Source: Longimicrobiales bacterium (lineage in GTDB: Bacteria > Gemmatimonadota > Gemmatimonadetes > Longimicrobiales > Gaopeijiaceae). From it: 64,000 nt of DNA. Where the stretch lies: assembly GCA_965238005.1 (NCBI GenBank), contig OZ250165.1, positions 4,775,170 to 4,839,169 of the forward strand, given 5' to 3'. The notes under the pieces were generated by a model, which did no database searches, was not told the DNA's origin, and saw only the letters and a program-made list of their open reading frames with translations. A program made the translations under genes and the position numbers. Below, piece after piece: positions 21,405 through 32,596 of this stretch. Position 1 is the stretch's first letter; each line of letters begins with the position of its first letter.

Positions 21405-21557
21405 CTAGGCGGCCGGAATCGGCCGAAAGCCTTAGCGGCACCCAGGGCTGCGCTGTCGGAGTGCGGGGCGGTATCAAGGATTCAGAAGCTCGCCTCCGGC
21501 GTCATCGACATTGCAGCATTGCAGGCGGCTCGCATCGAATGCCGGCCCGGTGGGCTT

Positions 21558-24500
21558 CTACCGCAAGCGCCACTGTCCTCTGAAGATCAGCGCATGGGTC
21601 GCCGGTCCGGTCGCGCTCTCCCGGTGCGAGGCTTCCAGGAACAGGCTTCCGCGCATGTCCGCCTGGTAGCGGACCCCGCTGTTGAACACGCGCGACCCGC
21701 CTTCGCCGAGATAGAACCCGCCATAGGGCGTTCCGGCGAAGGATCGGAGACCATACTCGACCTCGGCGTTAAGGACGCCACCTCGGCCTCGTGGAACGAG
21801 ACCGTTCCCCGCCGCACCCATCGCGCCGTGCTCCCACAGCTGATGCACGCCTCCGGAACTTTCGCCCCAGGACGGCACCAGCCGCAGCGCCAATCCCTCG
21901 CCGAGGGTCTGGGGGTCGATCTGGATGCGGCCGCTGAAGCCCCACTCCCGGTAGCCCTCCTGACGCGTGGCCATCATCCGGCCCCGGGCCTCCGCCGTGA
22001 GTCCGAGCGACGGGCGCGCGTAGCGCAGGCCACCACCCAGTTCGAGCGCACCGCCCTCCGCCCCGTCTCCGCCGTCATAGCGCAAGCCGGTTTCCAGCGA
22101 GAGGGCGAGTTCGTCGCCCGAGTCGAAGTGGTGCGCGCGATTGCCCTCGACCGCCAGCCGTCCCCGCTTCATGTCCACGGCCAGGGCGTCCATGTCGCGG
22201 TTCTCTTCCACGTTGACGCGCGTCATCCAGACTTCGCCCTTGGCGCGCAACGAGGCTGAACCCGGCGCGAGCACGGTGGCGCTCCCGCCGAGGGCCGCGG
22301 TAAGCAACCGGGTCTCGCCGGAGCGGGCATTGCCGGTGGATTCTTCGATCGATACCTCGCCGCCGCCGTAGCCGGCCGTCGTCCAGATGGCCAGGCTCCG
22401 TTCGCCGGAGAACCAGGCCAGGTATGGATGCACGCTGGTGATATCGGCTTCATAGTCGCCGGAGACGACCTGAGGGCCGGTCCGGTCCGTGAAATCGAAG
22501 GCACTGGTGGACCGGGACAGCGCCACGCCGCTGAGGAGATCGGAACGGAGCCGTGTGTCGGCTCCCGCGTGCAGGCTGAGGATGTCCCCGTTCCAGTCGG
22601 CGGCGCCGTTCCGGGGCCCGTCGAGAACGCGATAGTCGCCGGCTCCCCAGGCCATGGTGCGCGCGGCTTCAGTGGATTCCTCCTGACTGCCGTTGCCGGC
22701 CATGCCCAGCGGCATGAGGAAGGACGTTCCGCCCAACGACTGCCGCAGGCCCAGACCTCCGATGCCGGCGAGGGCGCCGAGCCCGACTGTGGGTGCGCCG
22801 GTGCGTCCGGTCTCGGCCGGTTCGGGATCTCCGGGCTGGTTTGGGACACCACCTCCGCGGCGGAGAGCCGCGATGGCGGGAGTGAAAATGGACGGGGCCG
22901 GTGACGCACCCGCAACGCCGCTGCCCATTTCGGCGGTCGTTCCGTTCCCCTGTGGGGAGCCCGGAGCGATGCCGCGGGCCACCATTCCCACCATGCCCGC
23001 CAGGGAGGAGAAACCGCCCAGGCTGGTGCGCGGCCTCCCCTGGCTTCCGGTGGCCGCACCCTCGATCCGATCCGTGATCGCCGATACCGTGCTCGCCGTC
23101 ATCGCGGCGGCGGCGTAGGGCAGGATGTTCAGGTTGATTCGGTTGGCTCGCTCCTTCGGGTTGTCCGTGCGGGCGCTCGCGACATTGGACGGCGGACCCG
23201 CGCCGACGGTGTTGACCGCCCGGACGCGGTAGTACCGTGTCGTGCCCGGTGCGACCATGTCGGCGTAGCTGGTGGCCAACGAGGTTGCCAGGCTGATCCA
23301 GCCGGATTCGCCGTCGTCCGAGCCCTCGATTTCATAGCTGGTGACGGGAGAGCCTCCGTCGTATGCCGGTGGATTCCAGGACAGGTCGATCCGGGTGGTC
23401 GACGTGACCATCGCCCCCAGGTTTGTCGGCGCGTCGGGCAAGGTGGCATCGGTGGTGGCGTCCGCCACGTTCGAGGGCGGACCTGTTCCTTCGGCGTTGA
23501 TGGCGAACACCCGGTAGTAGCGCATGGTCGCGGGATCGAGGTTTTCGTGGCTGTACTCCGTGGCCGTCGAGCCGGTGTTGGCCATCAGGATCAACCAGCC
23601 GCCTCCCGAGCTGGTCGAGACATCGATTCTGTAGCCGATGACCGGTGAGCCGCCGTCGAAGGTCGGCGGGCTCCAGGCGAGGTCGATCTGGTCCGCACCG
23701 TCGGCCACGGCGATAAGGTCGCCGGGTGCTCCGGGCAGGGTGGCGTCGGTGGTGGCCGAGGCCACGTTCGAGGCGGGCCCCACGCCCACGCGGTTGACTG
23801 CGGAGACCTGGTAGTGGCGCGTGGTCCCGGGCGGGAGCATCTCGTGGGCGTAGGTGGTGGCGGTCGAACCGGTATTCATCCGGAGGATGCTCCAGGTAGC
23901 GCCGTCATCGGTCGAGACTTTGATCTGATACCCCGTGATCGGAGCCCCGCCGTCGGAGGCGGGCGCACTCCACGAGAGGTCGATCTGCGATATCCCGTTC
24001 GCCGCTGCGCTCAGAGTAAGCGGGGCGCCGGACAGGACGGTCGTCGTGGTGGCGGAGGCCACGTTCGAGGGCAAACCTGTTCCGATGGAGTTGATCGCGT
24101 AGACGCGGTAGTGGCGCGTGTTCTGCGGTTCCAGGCCCGTGTGCTCGAACATTGTCAGTGTCGAACCCGTGTGCGCCCGGAGAACGCGCCAGGTGGCGCC
24201 CCGGTCCGCGGATACCTCGATACGGTAGCCGGTGACCGGACTTCCTCCGTCGTGGGCCGCTGCGCTCCAGTACAGGTCGATCCGCCTCGAACCCACCGCC
24301 TGAGCCATCAGTCGGGTGGGGGGATCAGGTTCGGTCTTGGACGCGCCACCGCCACCCCCTCCACCGCCACCGCAAGACTCGCATGGCGTGGCAGCCGCGG
24401 TTGCGGACGGACCGTGGCCGACGGAGTTGACGGCGCGCACACGAAAGGTGTATTCGATGCCGTTGTCGAGACTCGAGATGGTGGCGCGCCTGGTCAGGCC

Positions 24501-26123
24501 GGTAGAAGTCCAGCTGTCGGTGACCCCCTGACTCCACTCGTAGCGCGTGATGGAGGCTCCGCCGTTGTTCTCGGGTGGATTCCAGGTGAGGGTGACCCGG
24601 CGATTCGCGGGTTGCGCCTGCAGGTTGGTCGGGGCGCTCGGCGCGAACTCAGTCTGCGACGGTGTGGCGTCGATGCTGACTTCCGGGCCCTCGCCACTGT
24701 CGTTCACGGCCCGGACGTAGAATGTGTACCCGGTATTGTTGTTGAGGCTGGTGACGAGAACGGTGGCGGCGGTGCCCGTCGAAGTCCAGCCCCCGCTGCC
24801 CTGCTTCCACTCGTACTTTCTGATGGGTGAACCGCCATTGTTGGCCGGGGGGCTCCAGCGGATCCGGACCTGCTGGTTGCCGGGCTCCACCATGAGGTTT
24901 TGCGGTGCCCCCGGCCGGCCGGCCGGCCGGCCGGTTACGCTGGCCGACGGCCCCGCGCCCGCGGAGTTCACGGCCTGCACGTAGAAGGTGTAGGTCGTGC
25001 CGTTGTCGAGGCCGGTGACGGTCTTGGTCGTCTGGGTGCCGGTGGACTCCCAGGTGCCGGTGCTGCCCTGCCGCCACTGGTAGGTGAGCGCTTCCGTGCC
25101 ACCGGTGTTGGTCGGCAGATCCCAGGTGAGGGTGACCCGCTGGTCGTCGGGGTCCGCATCCAGGTTGTCGGGCCGGCCGGGGCGGGTCGTCGGGGTATGA
25201 CCCGTCCTGTTGTCCAGCATGATGGTGAACGTTTGGGCATTCTGGCCCTTCAGGTCCTGGATCGGCGTGTTGACGCTCATGTTGCTGTAGGTCAGTTTCG
25301 CTATGTCTTTCTCCATGTCGCCCGCCTCGACGCCCTCGGCGAACGTCAGCGTCACCGTGTTTCCACGAACGACCACGCCCCCCACGATTGGACACGCCTC
25401 CTCTCCAAAACTCGGCTCCCCCGACTTCTTGATTTCCATCTTGAAGTAGAGGTCCGGCCTGGTGTTGACGCCCGAAAGGTCCTCTATCAGTGCCCTGTCG
25501 AAGATCAGCGTTACGACAGTGCCGTCGATCCAGCTGTCCACGAGTTTCGGCTTACGGTCGCTCCCTGTAATCCAGAAGTTGTCCGTTGCAGACGCCGACG
25601 TTCCACTCAGGGTGGCCGTTACCCAGCCGACCTCGCTCCCCTCGTCCTCTTCGTCGTCAACGACCTTGAGGGTCGCAATGACCGAGTTTTCTCCGGCCAT
25701 GGGCGTCAGGCGATATGGAGGCAACAGCTTCGACCTGTCTGCTGCATGGATCGTGAAGTCGGCCTCCGGGGTGGCGGCACCCCGGAACGAGAGCTCGATC
25801 GTTTGCCCGACGGAAAAGGTATTGTCGCCGTTGAGGGTGACCTTCAGGGTAGTCTCGATGTCCCGCTCATCCTTGGGCCAGTCGTCCAGGTTCTCCTTGA
25901 GCCAGTACGGATCCACGGAAAGGGACAGGCTTTGCGCGAGGGCGGCCGAGGGCAGGCCGACAAGAAAGGTGACGGCGAGAGCCAGAGCAAGAGCAAATGG
26001 TTGGTGTATTCGAGCTGCTACCAGGATCCGGTGCCGTCGGTCCGGGGGTATTTCAGCAGTCAAGTCGATTCGTCTCGAGTTGGCGTTCCAGAGAGCCCGG
26101 TCTCCGGGGGGGCATCCCTCCAC
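21558..26123 (-). CDS. Large autotransporter adhesin with seven FN3 repeats
   Basis: Signal peptide, SwmB-like segment, 3 plus 4 FN3 repeats separated by a poly-Gly linker, C-terminal autotransporter barrel (WGAGDYR..SVHPYLAW..GLRYDGGDG). True start may be downstream of 26123. Confidence 0.9.
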   Translation of the reverse strand: MEGCPPGDRALWNANSRRIDLTAEIPPDRRHRILVAARIHQPFALALALAVTFLVGLPSAALAQSLSLSVDPYWLKENLDDWPKDERDIETTLKVTLNGDNTFSVGQTIELSFRGAATPEADFTIHAADRSKLLPPYRLTPMAGENSVIATLKVVDDEEDEGSEVGWVTATLSGTSASATDNFWITGSDRKPKLVDSWIDGTVVTLIFDRALIEDLSGVNTRPDLYFKMEIKKSGEPSFGEEACPIVGGVVVRGNTVTLTFAEGVEAGDMEKDIAKLTYSNMSVNTPIQDLKGQNAQTFTIMLDNRTGHTPTTRPGRPDNLDADPDDQRVTLTWDLPTNTGGTEALTYQWRQGSTGTWESTGTQTTKTVTGLDNGTTYTFYVQAVNSAGAGPSASVTGRPAGRPGAPQNLMVEPGNQQVRIRWSPPANNGGSPIRKYEWKQGSGGWTSTGTAATVLVTSLNNNTGYTFYVRAVNDSGEGPEVSIDATPSQTEFAPSAPTNLQAQPANRRVTLTWNPPENNGGASITRYEWSQGVTDSWTSTGLTRRATISSLDNGIEYTFRVRAVNSVGHGPSATAAATPCESCGGGGGGGGGASKTEPDPPTRLMAQAVGSRRIDLYWSAAAHDGGSPVTGYRIEVSADRGATWRVLRAHTGSTLTMFEHTGLEPQNTRHYRVYAINSIGTGLPSNVASATTTTVLSGAPLTLSAAANGISQIDLSWSAPASDGGAPITGYQIKVSTDDGATWSILRMNTGSTATTYAHEMLPPGTTRHYQVSAVNRVGVGPASNVASATTDATLPGAPGDLIAVADGADQIDLAWSPPTFDGGSPVIGYRIDVSTSSGGGWLILMANTGSTATEYSHENLDPATMRYYRVFAINAEGTGPPSNVADATTDATLPDAPTNLGAMVTSTTRIDLSWNPPAYDGGSPVTSYEIEGSDDGESGWISLATSLATSYADMVAPGTTRYYRVRAVNTVGAGPPSNVASARTDNPKERANRINLNILPYAAAAMTASTVSAITDRIEGAATGSQGRPRTSLGGFSSLAGMVGMVARGIAPGSPQGNGTTAEMGSGVAGASPAPSIFTPAIAALRRGGGVPNQPGDPEPAETGRTGAPTVGLGALAGIGGLGLRQSLGGTSFLMPLGMAGNGSQEESTEAARTMAWGAGDYRVLDGPRNGAADWNGDILSLHAGADTRLRSDLLSGVALSRSTSAFDFTDRTGPQVVSGDYEADITSVHPYLAWFSGERSLAIWTTAGYGGGEVSIEESTGNARSGETRLLTAALGGSATVLAPGSASLRAKGEVWMTRVNVEENRDMDALAVDMKRGRLAVEGNRAHHFDSGDELALSLETGLRYDGGDGAEGGALELGGGLRYARPSLGLTAEARGRMMATRQEGYREWGFSGRIQIDPQTLGEGLALRLVPSWGESSGGVHQLWEHGAMGAAGNGLVPRGRGGVLNAEVEYGLRSFAGTPYGGFYLGEGGSRVFNSGVRYQADMRGSLFLEASHRESATGPATHALIFRGQWRLR

Positions 26124-26296
26124 AGATACCGTATACGGTATGCTCCAATAAACACAAGGACAACAACCTGTAATCTACCCATGAATCTTTGAAACGCTCG
26201 TTGGAACAACTGTCCGCCGCGCGAGGATGCAGGAGTCCAGGCAGCCCATCAGGCTTGGCACAGATGATGTGATTCACGGCACACTTGCCGTTGGAC

Positions 26297-26498
26297 TGGC
26301 GTGACCCCCTGAAACGAGACCAGCGCGAATGTTAGGATCTGGCACTGGTCGCAAGATCAGGAGGAGGTCACAAATGAGCAGGAGAAGGCACACGCCGGAG
26401 CAGATCATCACGGCACTGAGGGAGGCCGAGGTAGGTCTGGCGAACGGCAAGACGGTGGCAATGGTGAGCCGGGAGCTCGGGATCAGCGAGCAGACCCT
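26297..26498 (+). mobile_element. IS3 (IS407-like) left end with truncated orfA
   Basis: TGGCGTGACCCCCTGAAACGAGACC end; GGAGG RBS and MSRRRHTPEQIITALREAEV..ELGISEQT from 26374. A possible right end lies near 27624. Confidence 0.8.
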
Positions 26499-27567
26499 CC
26501 GCGCCGTCCTGTTGGCGAGGGCCACCGCGACCCACCGCGACCAGCATCTTCGGCTTGCGTGCCACCATCCTGGCCAGCCACGGATCCGTGATCTCGCCGC
26601 GTCGAATCGCGTTTTGGACGACCGCCATGGCTCCCGTGATCAAGAGCCGTCTGAGATCGCGCTGGCCCATCTTCGATGTCCTGCCCAGCCTCGGCTTGCC
26701 GCCGGTGGTGTGCTGCCGCGGCACGAGGCCGAGCCAGGCCGAGAAGTCGCGCCCACTCCGGAAGCTCTCCATCGGTGGCGCAAACGCCTGGATGGCCATG
26801 GCGGTGATCGGTCCGACTCCCGGGATCGTCATCAGCCGCGCCGTCTCTTCTGTCACCCTCGCGGCCGCCGCGAGCTTCCTGTCGAGTCCATCGATCTTCT
26901 CATCGAGCTCATCGATCCACTCGAGCAATAGCCTGCCCAGCTCGACGACCGCCTCCGGCAGCCCACAGTCCCCGTCTTCGAGCACCCCGGCCAGTTGCCT
27001 GATCCGGGCCCTGCCCTGCGGAGCAACGACTCCGTACTCGGCCAGGTGACCCCGAAGCGCATTGATGGTCTGCGTGCGCTGGCGCACCAGCAGGTCACGC
27101 GTGCGAAAGAGCATACCCTGCGCCTGCTGCGCTTCCGTCTTGATCGCCACGAAGTGCATCGTCGGACGCTGCGCCGCTTCCGAGATCGCCTCCGCGTCGG
27201 ACGCGTCGTTCTTCTGCCTCTTGACGAAGGGCTTCACGTAGATCGGTGGCACCAGCCTCACTTCGTGACCGAGCGCCGTGATCTCCCGGCCCCAGTAATG
27301 AGCGCTGGCGCACGCCTCCATCGCCACCGTGCAAGGCGGCTGCGAGGCGAGGAAGCTAAGCAGCTTCCCTCGGCTCAGCTTCCTGCGGTATACGCCACCG
27401 ACCCGTCCGCCTTCGCCCCGTGTACCTGAAAGCTGCGCTTTGCCAGATCAATCCCGATGATGCTAACCTCCTCCATCATTGGATGCCTCCTCCCTCAGAT
27501 GGTCGACTAACGCTCAGTACCATCTTGGCACATCGCGATGCCGCCGGGAGGGGGCGTCCACTCCATC
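26492..27567 (-). pseudogene. IS110-family (IS1111-like) transposase pseudogene with its left end
   Basis: IGIDLAK, AMEAC, KNDASDAEAI, TIPGVGPITA, AWLGLVP; frameshift near 27390, a 10-bp tandem duplication near 26524-26543, 3' end lost. Confidence 0.9.
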
Positions 27568-27678
27568 GGGTATGATGGCAGGAATCTCGAACCCGGATCA
27601 AGGACCAGTTGTTTGGGGTCAGCACCGGTCCATTCTGGTCGGCACTATTTGCGGACTGTGTCCTCCTCCTGATCGTCA

Positions 27679-28041
27679 TTACTTATCGTTGTCTCCCGAA
27701 CTACTCCTACCGCGGGCGGCGAACCAGTAGGCCAGGATGCCGCTTCCGATTGGGAGGGTCGCCAGGAACAAGTCCTTTGCCTCAGCCATGCCGGTGGCGT
27801 CGGAGCCGAGCCAGAGGAGCAAGCCGCAGAGGATGGCACCGAAGAGGAACACGTAGAGGGCGGCGCCGTAGGTGACCCAAACCCTGACTCGGCTCTTCAT
27901 CAGGGCGCGCTTCTCCTCGAGTGTCGGGGATTGAGTGACGGGCACGAGGGCACCTTTCGGTGTCCTGTCAGCACCTGCTTCGGGGGCTATGTCGTCTCCG
28001 TCATCCGCTAAGATCGGGGTTACGGTGTCGTTGTCGGCCAT
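27679..28041 (-). CDS. Small two-TM hypothetical protein
   Basis: Open ORF with an acidic N-terminus and two hydrophobic helices ending in ILAYWF. Confidence 0.6.
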   Translation of the reverse strand: MADNDTVTPILADDGDDIAPEAGADRTPKGALVPVTQSPTLEEKRALMKSRVRVWVTYGAALYVFLFGAILCGLLLWLGSDATGMAEAKDLFLATLPIGSGILAYWFAARGRSSSGDNDK

Positions 28042-28451
28042 GATGTTCGTTCCCGGTGGTGGAGACGGATTATGGGTCAAGAGTGCGGAGGTAGCTATGT
28101 CGTTGGTCATTGCGTGAGGCAACGGACAAGCTGGAATCTGTAGCGAGAGTAGTAAGACCCACGCCGCATGAGTTCAGGCCGGACTCTCGCTCGCGGGGGT
28201 TGCGACCGCAGCCAGTTTGTCTTGGGTCTGCTATGGGTTTTCGCCGTCCTCCCCAGATTCAGTAATGAGTCGTGGCGAGAGCTCGCCCAACATCAGGACG
28301 AGCGCTTCACTTACCCTCACGAGCGCGAGCGCTTCAGCGCGGGTAAACGTGCTATCCTGCCCGAAGTGGTGGTAGTTCAGGGCAGCCAGTTGCTTTGCGG
28401 ACGCAATGATGCGGCCATAGTGCTCACCACGCAGCTCGACACCCTTTGACC

Positions 28452-28640
28452 CTAGCTCGTGATCGGGGTTCCCATGGCCTGGGCGCCGGCGGCCAGGAAC
28501 TCGTAGACGTCGGGCGCCTCCATCGTGGTGTCGGCGAACAGCAGGACCAGCGTGTCCCCGGCGTTCCACAGCCGCTCCTGCACCAGGCGGGCGGCGGCCC
28601 ACGAGGTCACGCCTCCGGAGTAGTTAACGACGTGCTGCAT
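28452..28640 (-). pseudogene. N-terminal fragment of a PAPS-reductase-like (PP-loop) protein
   Basis: HVVNYSGGVTSW..LLFADT.ME.PD.Y.F motif; stops after about 62 codons. Confidence 0.7.
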
Positions 28641-28849
28641 CGGGTTCGTTCGGTTGGTGTAGGCCGGCCCCAACCTCAGGCGGCGGCTTCCCGCTGCTGG
28701 GTTGAGACGGGCTTTCCGTCTTCGAACTTCCTTCCTTCAAACACGTCCCCGAGCAGGTGGGCCGGGCGACCGAGCGCGGGGTCGGTTATGTTCCCATCCG
28801 TGCCGTGCGTGCCCAACCGACCCGGCGTCATGCCGCCGAGCCAGTGGGG

Positions 28850-29043
28850 ATAGCACCTCCGCTTGTTCGAGCACCGGCGCAGGTTGGCGCGGACATTCTC
28901 ACGAAGCATCCAGCCGAACTGGACGTTGTTCCGCACGGCTGCGACCAGCTCGCGAGTATGTCGCGTAGCTTCTCGTCGCCAAGCACCTGTACAGCGCTGT
29001 CGTTGGCCTCGAGCGCATCGTAGCAGGCGAGCTCATCGTCGGT
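28850..29043 (-). pseudogene. Degraded C-terminal fragment of a type I restriction subunit R (DUF3387-like)
   Basis: TDDELACYDALEANDSAVQVLGDEKLRDI, then frameshifted VRNNVQFGWMLRENVRANLR. Confidence 0.8.
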
Positions 29044-29209
29044 GTGGTTGATACCATAGCCTCCTGACCCCCTTACCGATGTCCAGTTGCCCTTGCAATG
29101 GTCCAGCGATCCCAACCCGGTCCCGTTGCGGTTGGCCCCCGCCTCTCTGATTGGTACCTTGGCTCGTGGATGTTCGAGACGCCGGACCCGTTTGCCAGCT
29201 GGCCGACCA

Positions 29210-31513
29210 TCATCCCCCGAGTTCCGCCAGCTTCTCCCGGGCCTCGCGCGCGGGCTCGAACGCGTCGTCGGCGTTCTCCCAGGCCGCCAGGGCGCTGCGC
29301 ACGTGTTCGACCGCACCGGCGACATCCTCTCTCGCCTCCTGCAGGTTGGCCATCTCCAGGTGCAGGCGCGGGTCGGAAGGCCTTACACGCAGCGCCTGCT
29401 CGAGCCCGGCCTCGGCTTCCTCCAACCGGCCCAACATCCTCAAGGCTCGGCTGAGAAGCCAATGAAAATCCGCCTCGGGGTCGACATCCATGGCATTCCT
29501 GTAGCTGGCGGCCGCCGACGCGTAGTCGCCCTCGGCCTCCTGGATTGCGCCCAGGTCCCCGGTCAACTCCGGAACCAGTATCTCGAGCTGGTTGGCCTCC
29601 ACCGCATCGAGTGCGCGGGCATGCGCCTCGCGCGCAGCTTCGACATTCCCCAGCTCCAAAGCGACATGGATCGCCCAATGGGGAATGTGAAATTCGCTCA
29701 CGGGCGGCTCAAGTTGTGTGCCCAGCTCCTCGAACAGCGCGACGGCTTCCTCGTCCCGGCCTGCGAGAAAGTACACGATGATGTCGGGAAACCGGGCTTG
29801 GCTGACGGCGATCGGCGACAGAACGCCGGTCACCTCGTCCAGCCAGTCCTCCAGCGTCCGGATTGCGCTTTCCATCTCTCCGCGGAAGCGGTAGTAGCCG
29901 GCAAGTCTTCTCAGAACGTCAGCTCTCTGCGCCCCGGTGCGCGCCAGCTCCAAGGCACGCTCGTACGCGGCCCGGGCGTCGTCGAACCGTCCCACGTTCG
30001 TCTCGAAATCCGCGAGCTCGGTCGTGAGCTCGGGCAGAAGGGGCTGAATGAGGATGGCTCGCTCGATGTTCTCGCGAGCGAGGTCGTGCTCTCCCCTCCG
30101 GCGGTGGAGCGCGCCGATATCCAGGTAGCCGGTATGATCGTCGGGAAGCTGCTCGACATAGTCGTTCAGTGCCGCCAGCGCCGCCTCCTCGTCCCCGAGG
30201 TGTTCGTGCGCGTCCGCGATCTGCTTGAGAACGCCCGCGTCCCGTGGAGTGAGCCGGTGGATGGTGTTCAGCGTCGCGAGCACACCTTCCCAGTCGCCCC
30301 TCAATTCCAGCGGGACCAGGTAGTTGCGCAACGCGTCCACGTCCTCCGGGTGGAGCTCGACCCACATCTTCGCAACCGCCGACGCCCTTTCCGGCTGGTT
30401 TGCCATAAAGTAGTAGAGGGACTTCACCTGGAATCCCATCCGTTCCGGGAGTCGATAGAGGTGGCCCATGGCCGCCTCGATTGCCGCCAGGGCCTCGCTC
30501 CGCCGGTTGTCATTCATAAGCATGACGGAGAGAAAGCCATGGGCGACGGTGAAGGTGGGATCTAGGCGGGTGGCGGCGGTTACGTGCTCGATGGCCGCGT
30601 CCAGATCTTCGTGCACGACCAGGCTTGTCATGCCCAAGACATACTCTCTCAGGGCCGCCTCCTCGCTGGTCAATCGCTCGCGCACCTCCAGATCGTCGAT
30701 GCCGTCGCGGGCCGGGATCTCGAGAGCCATCTTAAGCGCCACCGACATCTCGTCGACGAGCGCGAGCAGGTCGTGGCCTTCGTAGTCGGCTTCTGCCAAC
30801 GGAGATCCGTCGGCCACCTCGTGCAGCGTCAGACTCACGCGATAGCGACCATCCGCCCGATCGATCGAGCCCGCCACCAGGAATTGCGCGTACTGGTTCT
30901 CGGCGACCTCGCGCTTGAGGGCCAGCGGCACGTTGCGCGGGGCATCGAATCCGAGGACGTGCAGTTGGCCAGCGACCGCGGCGACGGTGACCGGCTGGAA
31001 GAAATCGTCCGGAAGAAGGTCCCACTCCAGACCCAACGGCACGGCATACGCGACCCATGTCTCGCCTTCCTCGAGTCCCGGTCCCGCGTCCAAAGGAAAG
31101 AGCGCCACACGCTTGCGGAACTCGGCCTTGGCGACGACCCGCTCGATGACCTCGCCGTCCTCGGTCTCCACAGTGACGGCGGTAGTCGCGCCGCCGAGGT
31201 CTGCGCCACCGAAGATCCCCCAGAGGAGCGTGATCGCAAACGCGACATTCGCGGGTATTCCGATCTTTTCCGCCTTTGCCAACCGGTTCCGTCCAGGCTT
31301 GCCGTGGTACCAAGCAATCATCAGAACACTCGGCACCACCAGGAGCGAAGCGACGATCGTCACCTTCGTCCAGTGAGGGGAGAGCAGGAACTCCTCCACC
31401 ACGAAGTCCACGAACTCCACGCCTGTCCAGCTCGCGCCGATGTAGAGGGCGAGGATCTGCGGCACGCGTCGTTCGAAGAGGCTGGCGATGAGCCTGTTGT
31501 TCACCTCGGGCAT
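29210..31513 (-). CDS. Membrane-anchored TolB-like/TPR repeat protein
   Basis: ERRVPQILALY TM region, AWYHGKPG, TolB-N-like domain, many TPR repeats; 767 aa intact. Confidence 0.85.
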   Translation of the reverse strand: MPEVNNRLIASLFERRVPQILALYIGASWTGVEFVDFVVEEFLLSPHWTKVTIVASLLVVPSVLMIAWYHGKPGRNRLAKAEKIGIPANVAFAITLLWGIFGGADLGGATTAVTVETEDGEVIERVVAKAEFRKRVALFPLDAGPGLEEGETWVAYAVPLGLEWDLLPDDFFQPVTVAAVAGQLHVLGFDAPRNVPLALKREVAENQYAQFLVAGSIDRADGRYRVSLTLHEVADGSPLAEADYEGHDLLALVDEMSVALKMALEIPARDGIDDLEVRERLTSEEAALREYVLGMTSLVVHEDLDAAIEHVTAATRLDPTFTVAHGFLSVMLMNDNRRSEALAAIEAAMGHLYRLPERMGFQVKSLYYFMANQPERASAVAKMWVELHPEDVDALRNYLVPLELRGDWEGVLATLNTIHRLTPRDAGVLKQIADAHEHLGDEEAALAALNDYVEQLPDDHTGYLDIGALHRRRGEHDLARENIERAILIQPLLPELTTELADFETNVGRFDDARAAYERALELARTGAQRADVLRRLAGYYRFRGEMESAIRTLEDWLDEVTGVLSPIAVSQARFPDIIVYFLAGRDEEAVALFEELGTQLEPPVSEFHIPHWAIHVALELGNVEAAREAHARALDAVEANQLEILVPELTGDLGAIQEAEGDYASAAASYRNAMDVDPEADFHWLLSRALRMLGRLEEAEAGLEQALRVRPSDPRLHLEMANLQEAREDVAGAVEHVRSALAAWENADDAFEPAREAREKLAELGG

Positions 31514-32596
31514 CGCGGAACCCTGTGCTGAGGACGGGTTCCGCGTTCGCTTTCTTGGCTAGTCAATCCGACAGCTCCTTGTCGGTGAATAGGTTCCTTG
31601 GCTCGATAGCCCCTCTCAGACACCCCAGGTCTCCTCACGCCTTCCCGGGAGGGGCTCGAGCGTCCGTTGGCGGAGCTTGGTCTGGCTCTCGGACTTAGTC
31701 GGAACTCTTGGGATATCTCCTCGCTTTCCGTGTTTGACACAGCATGAAGCGGGCTCCGCAATATAACTGGCATGGAACTCGGCCCTGGACGGGCTGCGGG
31801 AAGGGCGCTTGCGCAAGACCCATCCGACGAGTTTTCGAGCGATCAACCCTAGAGTCCGTCAGCCCGAGGCGGTCGCACATCGTGGGCATTCCCAAGGCCG
31901 AGAGCGATGCGATCCTCAGCTTTCCTCTTCCAGCACGTGCAGCAGGGAGAGTGCCAGCGCGACTTCGGTGGAAGCCCCACTCCATCGCCTTTTGGGATAT
32001 CCGTTGGACGCAGCACTTAGCGATCTGGATCATGTCTTCCTTCAGGGCGAAGACATGAGAACGGGGTCTTCCTCGGCCCGAAGCACCGCCCTGAGGTGAT
32101 CGGTACGGCCTCGTCGAGCCGAAGCCCCGTGCCGCGGTAAGAAGCGGCGCGGGGCCTCAACCCCTGGACTGCGCGGTTTACCTGATGCCTACCGACACCC
32201 CGACCCGGAAGGCCAGGAAGTTGGCGTCGTTGGTGGTGGGATCGGGCACCCAGTCGGCACTGGGGAACTGGCCAATGTTGTCTGGACGGCTGGTCAGGTA
32301 TTGGGTCTCGCCGTTGTATTGGTAGGAAGCAGACAGATCCACGGACACCGGGCTCTCTCCTCCGCGGACCTGGAAGGACAGTCCACCGCCACCGGTGAGA
32401 GCCAGTCGGAAGTCCTTAAAGTCGGTTGTGGAGCTGATGGACCGAGCTTCGTGTCTCCCCGAGATGCCCGTTGAAGTCACGAAGGCACTGAGGCCGACGG
32501 TGCCGTAGAAATAGGGGATTATAAAGCTGACTTGACAGGCGCACAAGATCATGGTAACTTCAATGTACGATAAGACACGGCCCGATAGGAGGTTAC

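Noticed and set aside
23130..25190. Repetitive DNA in the autotransporter gene
   Set aside because: Explained by FN3 protein repeats.
31530..32100. Short ORFs upstream of the TPR gene
   Set aside because: No coherent frame or motif; possibly a decayed gene but not supportable.
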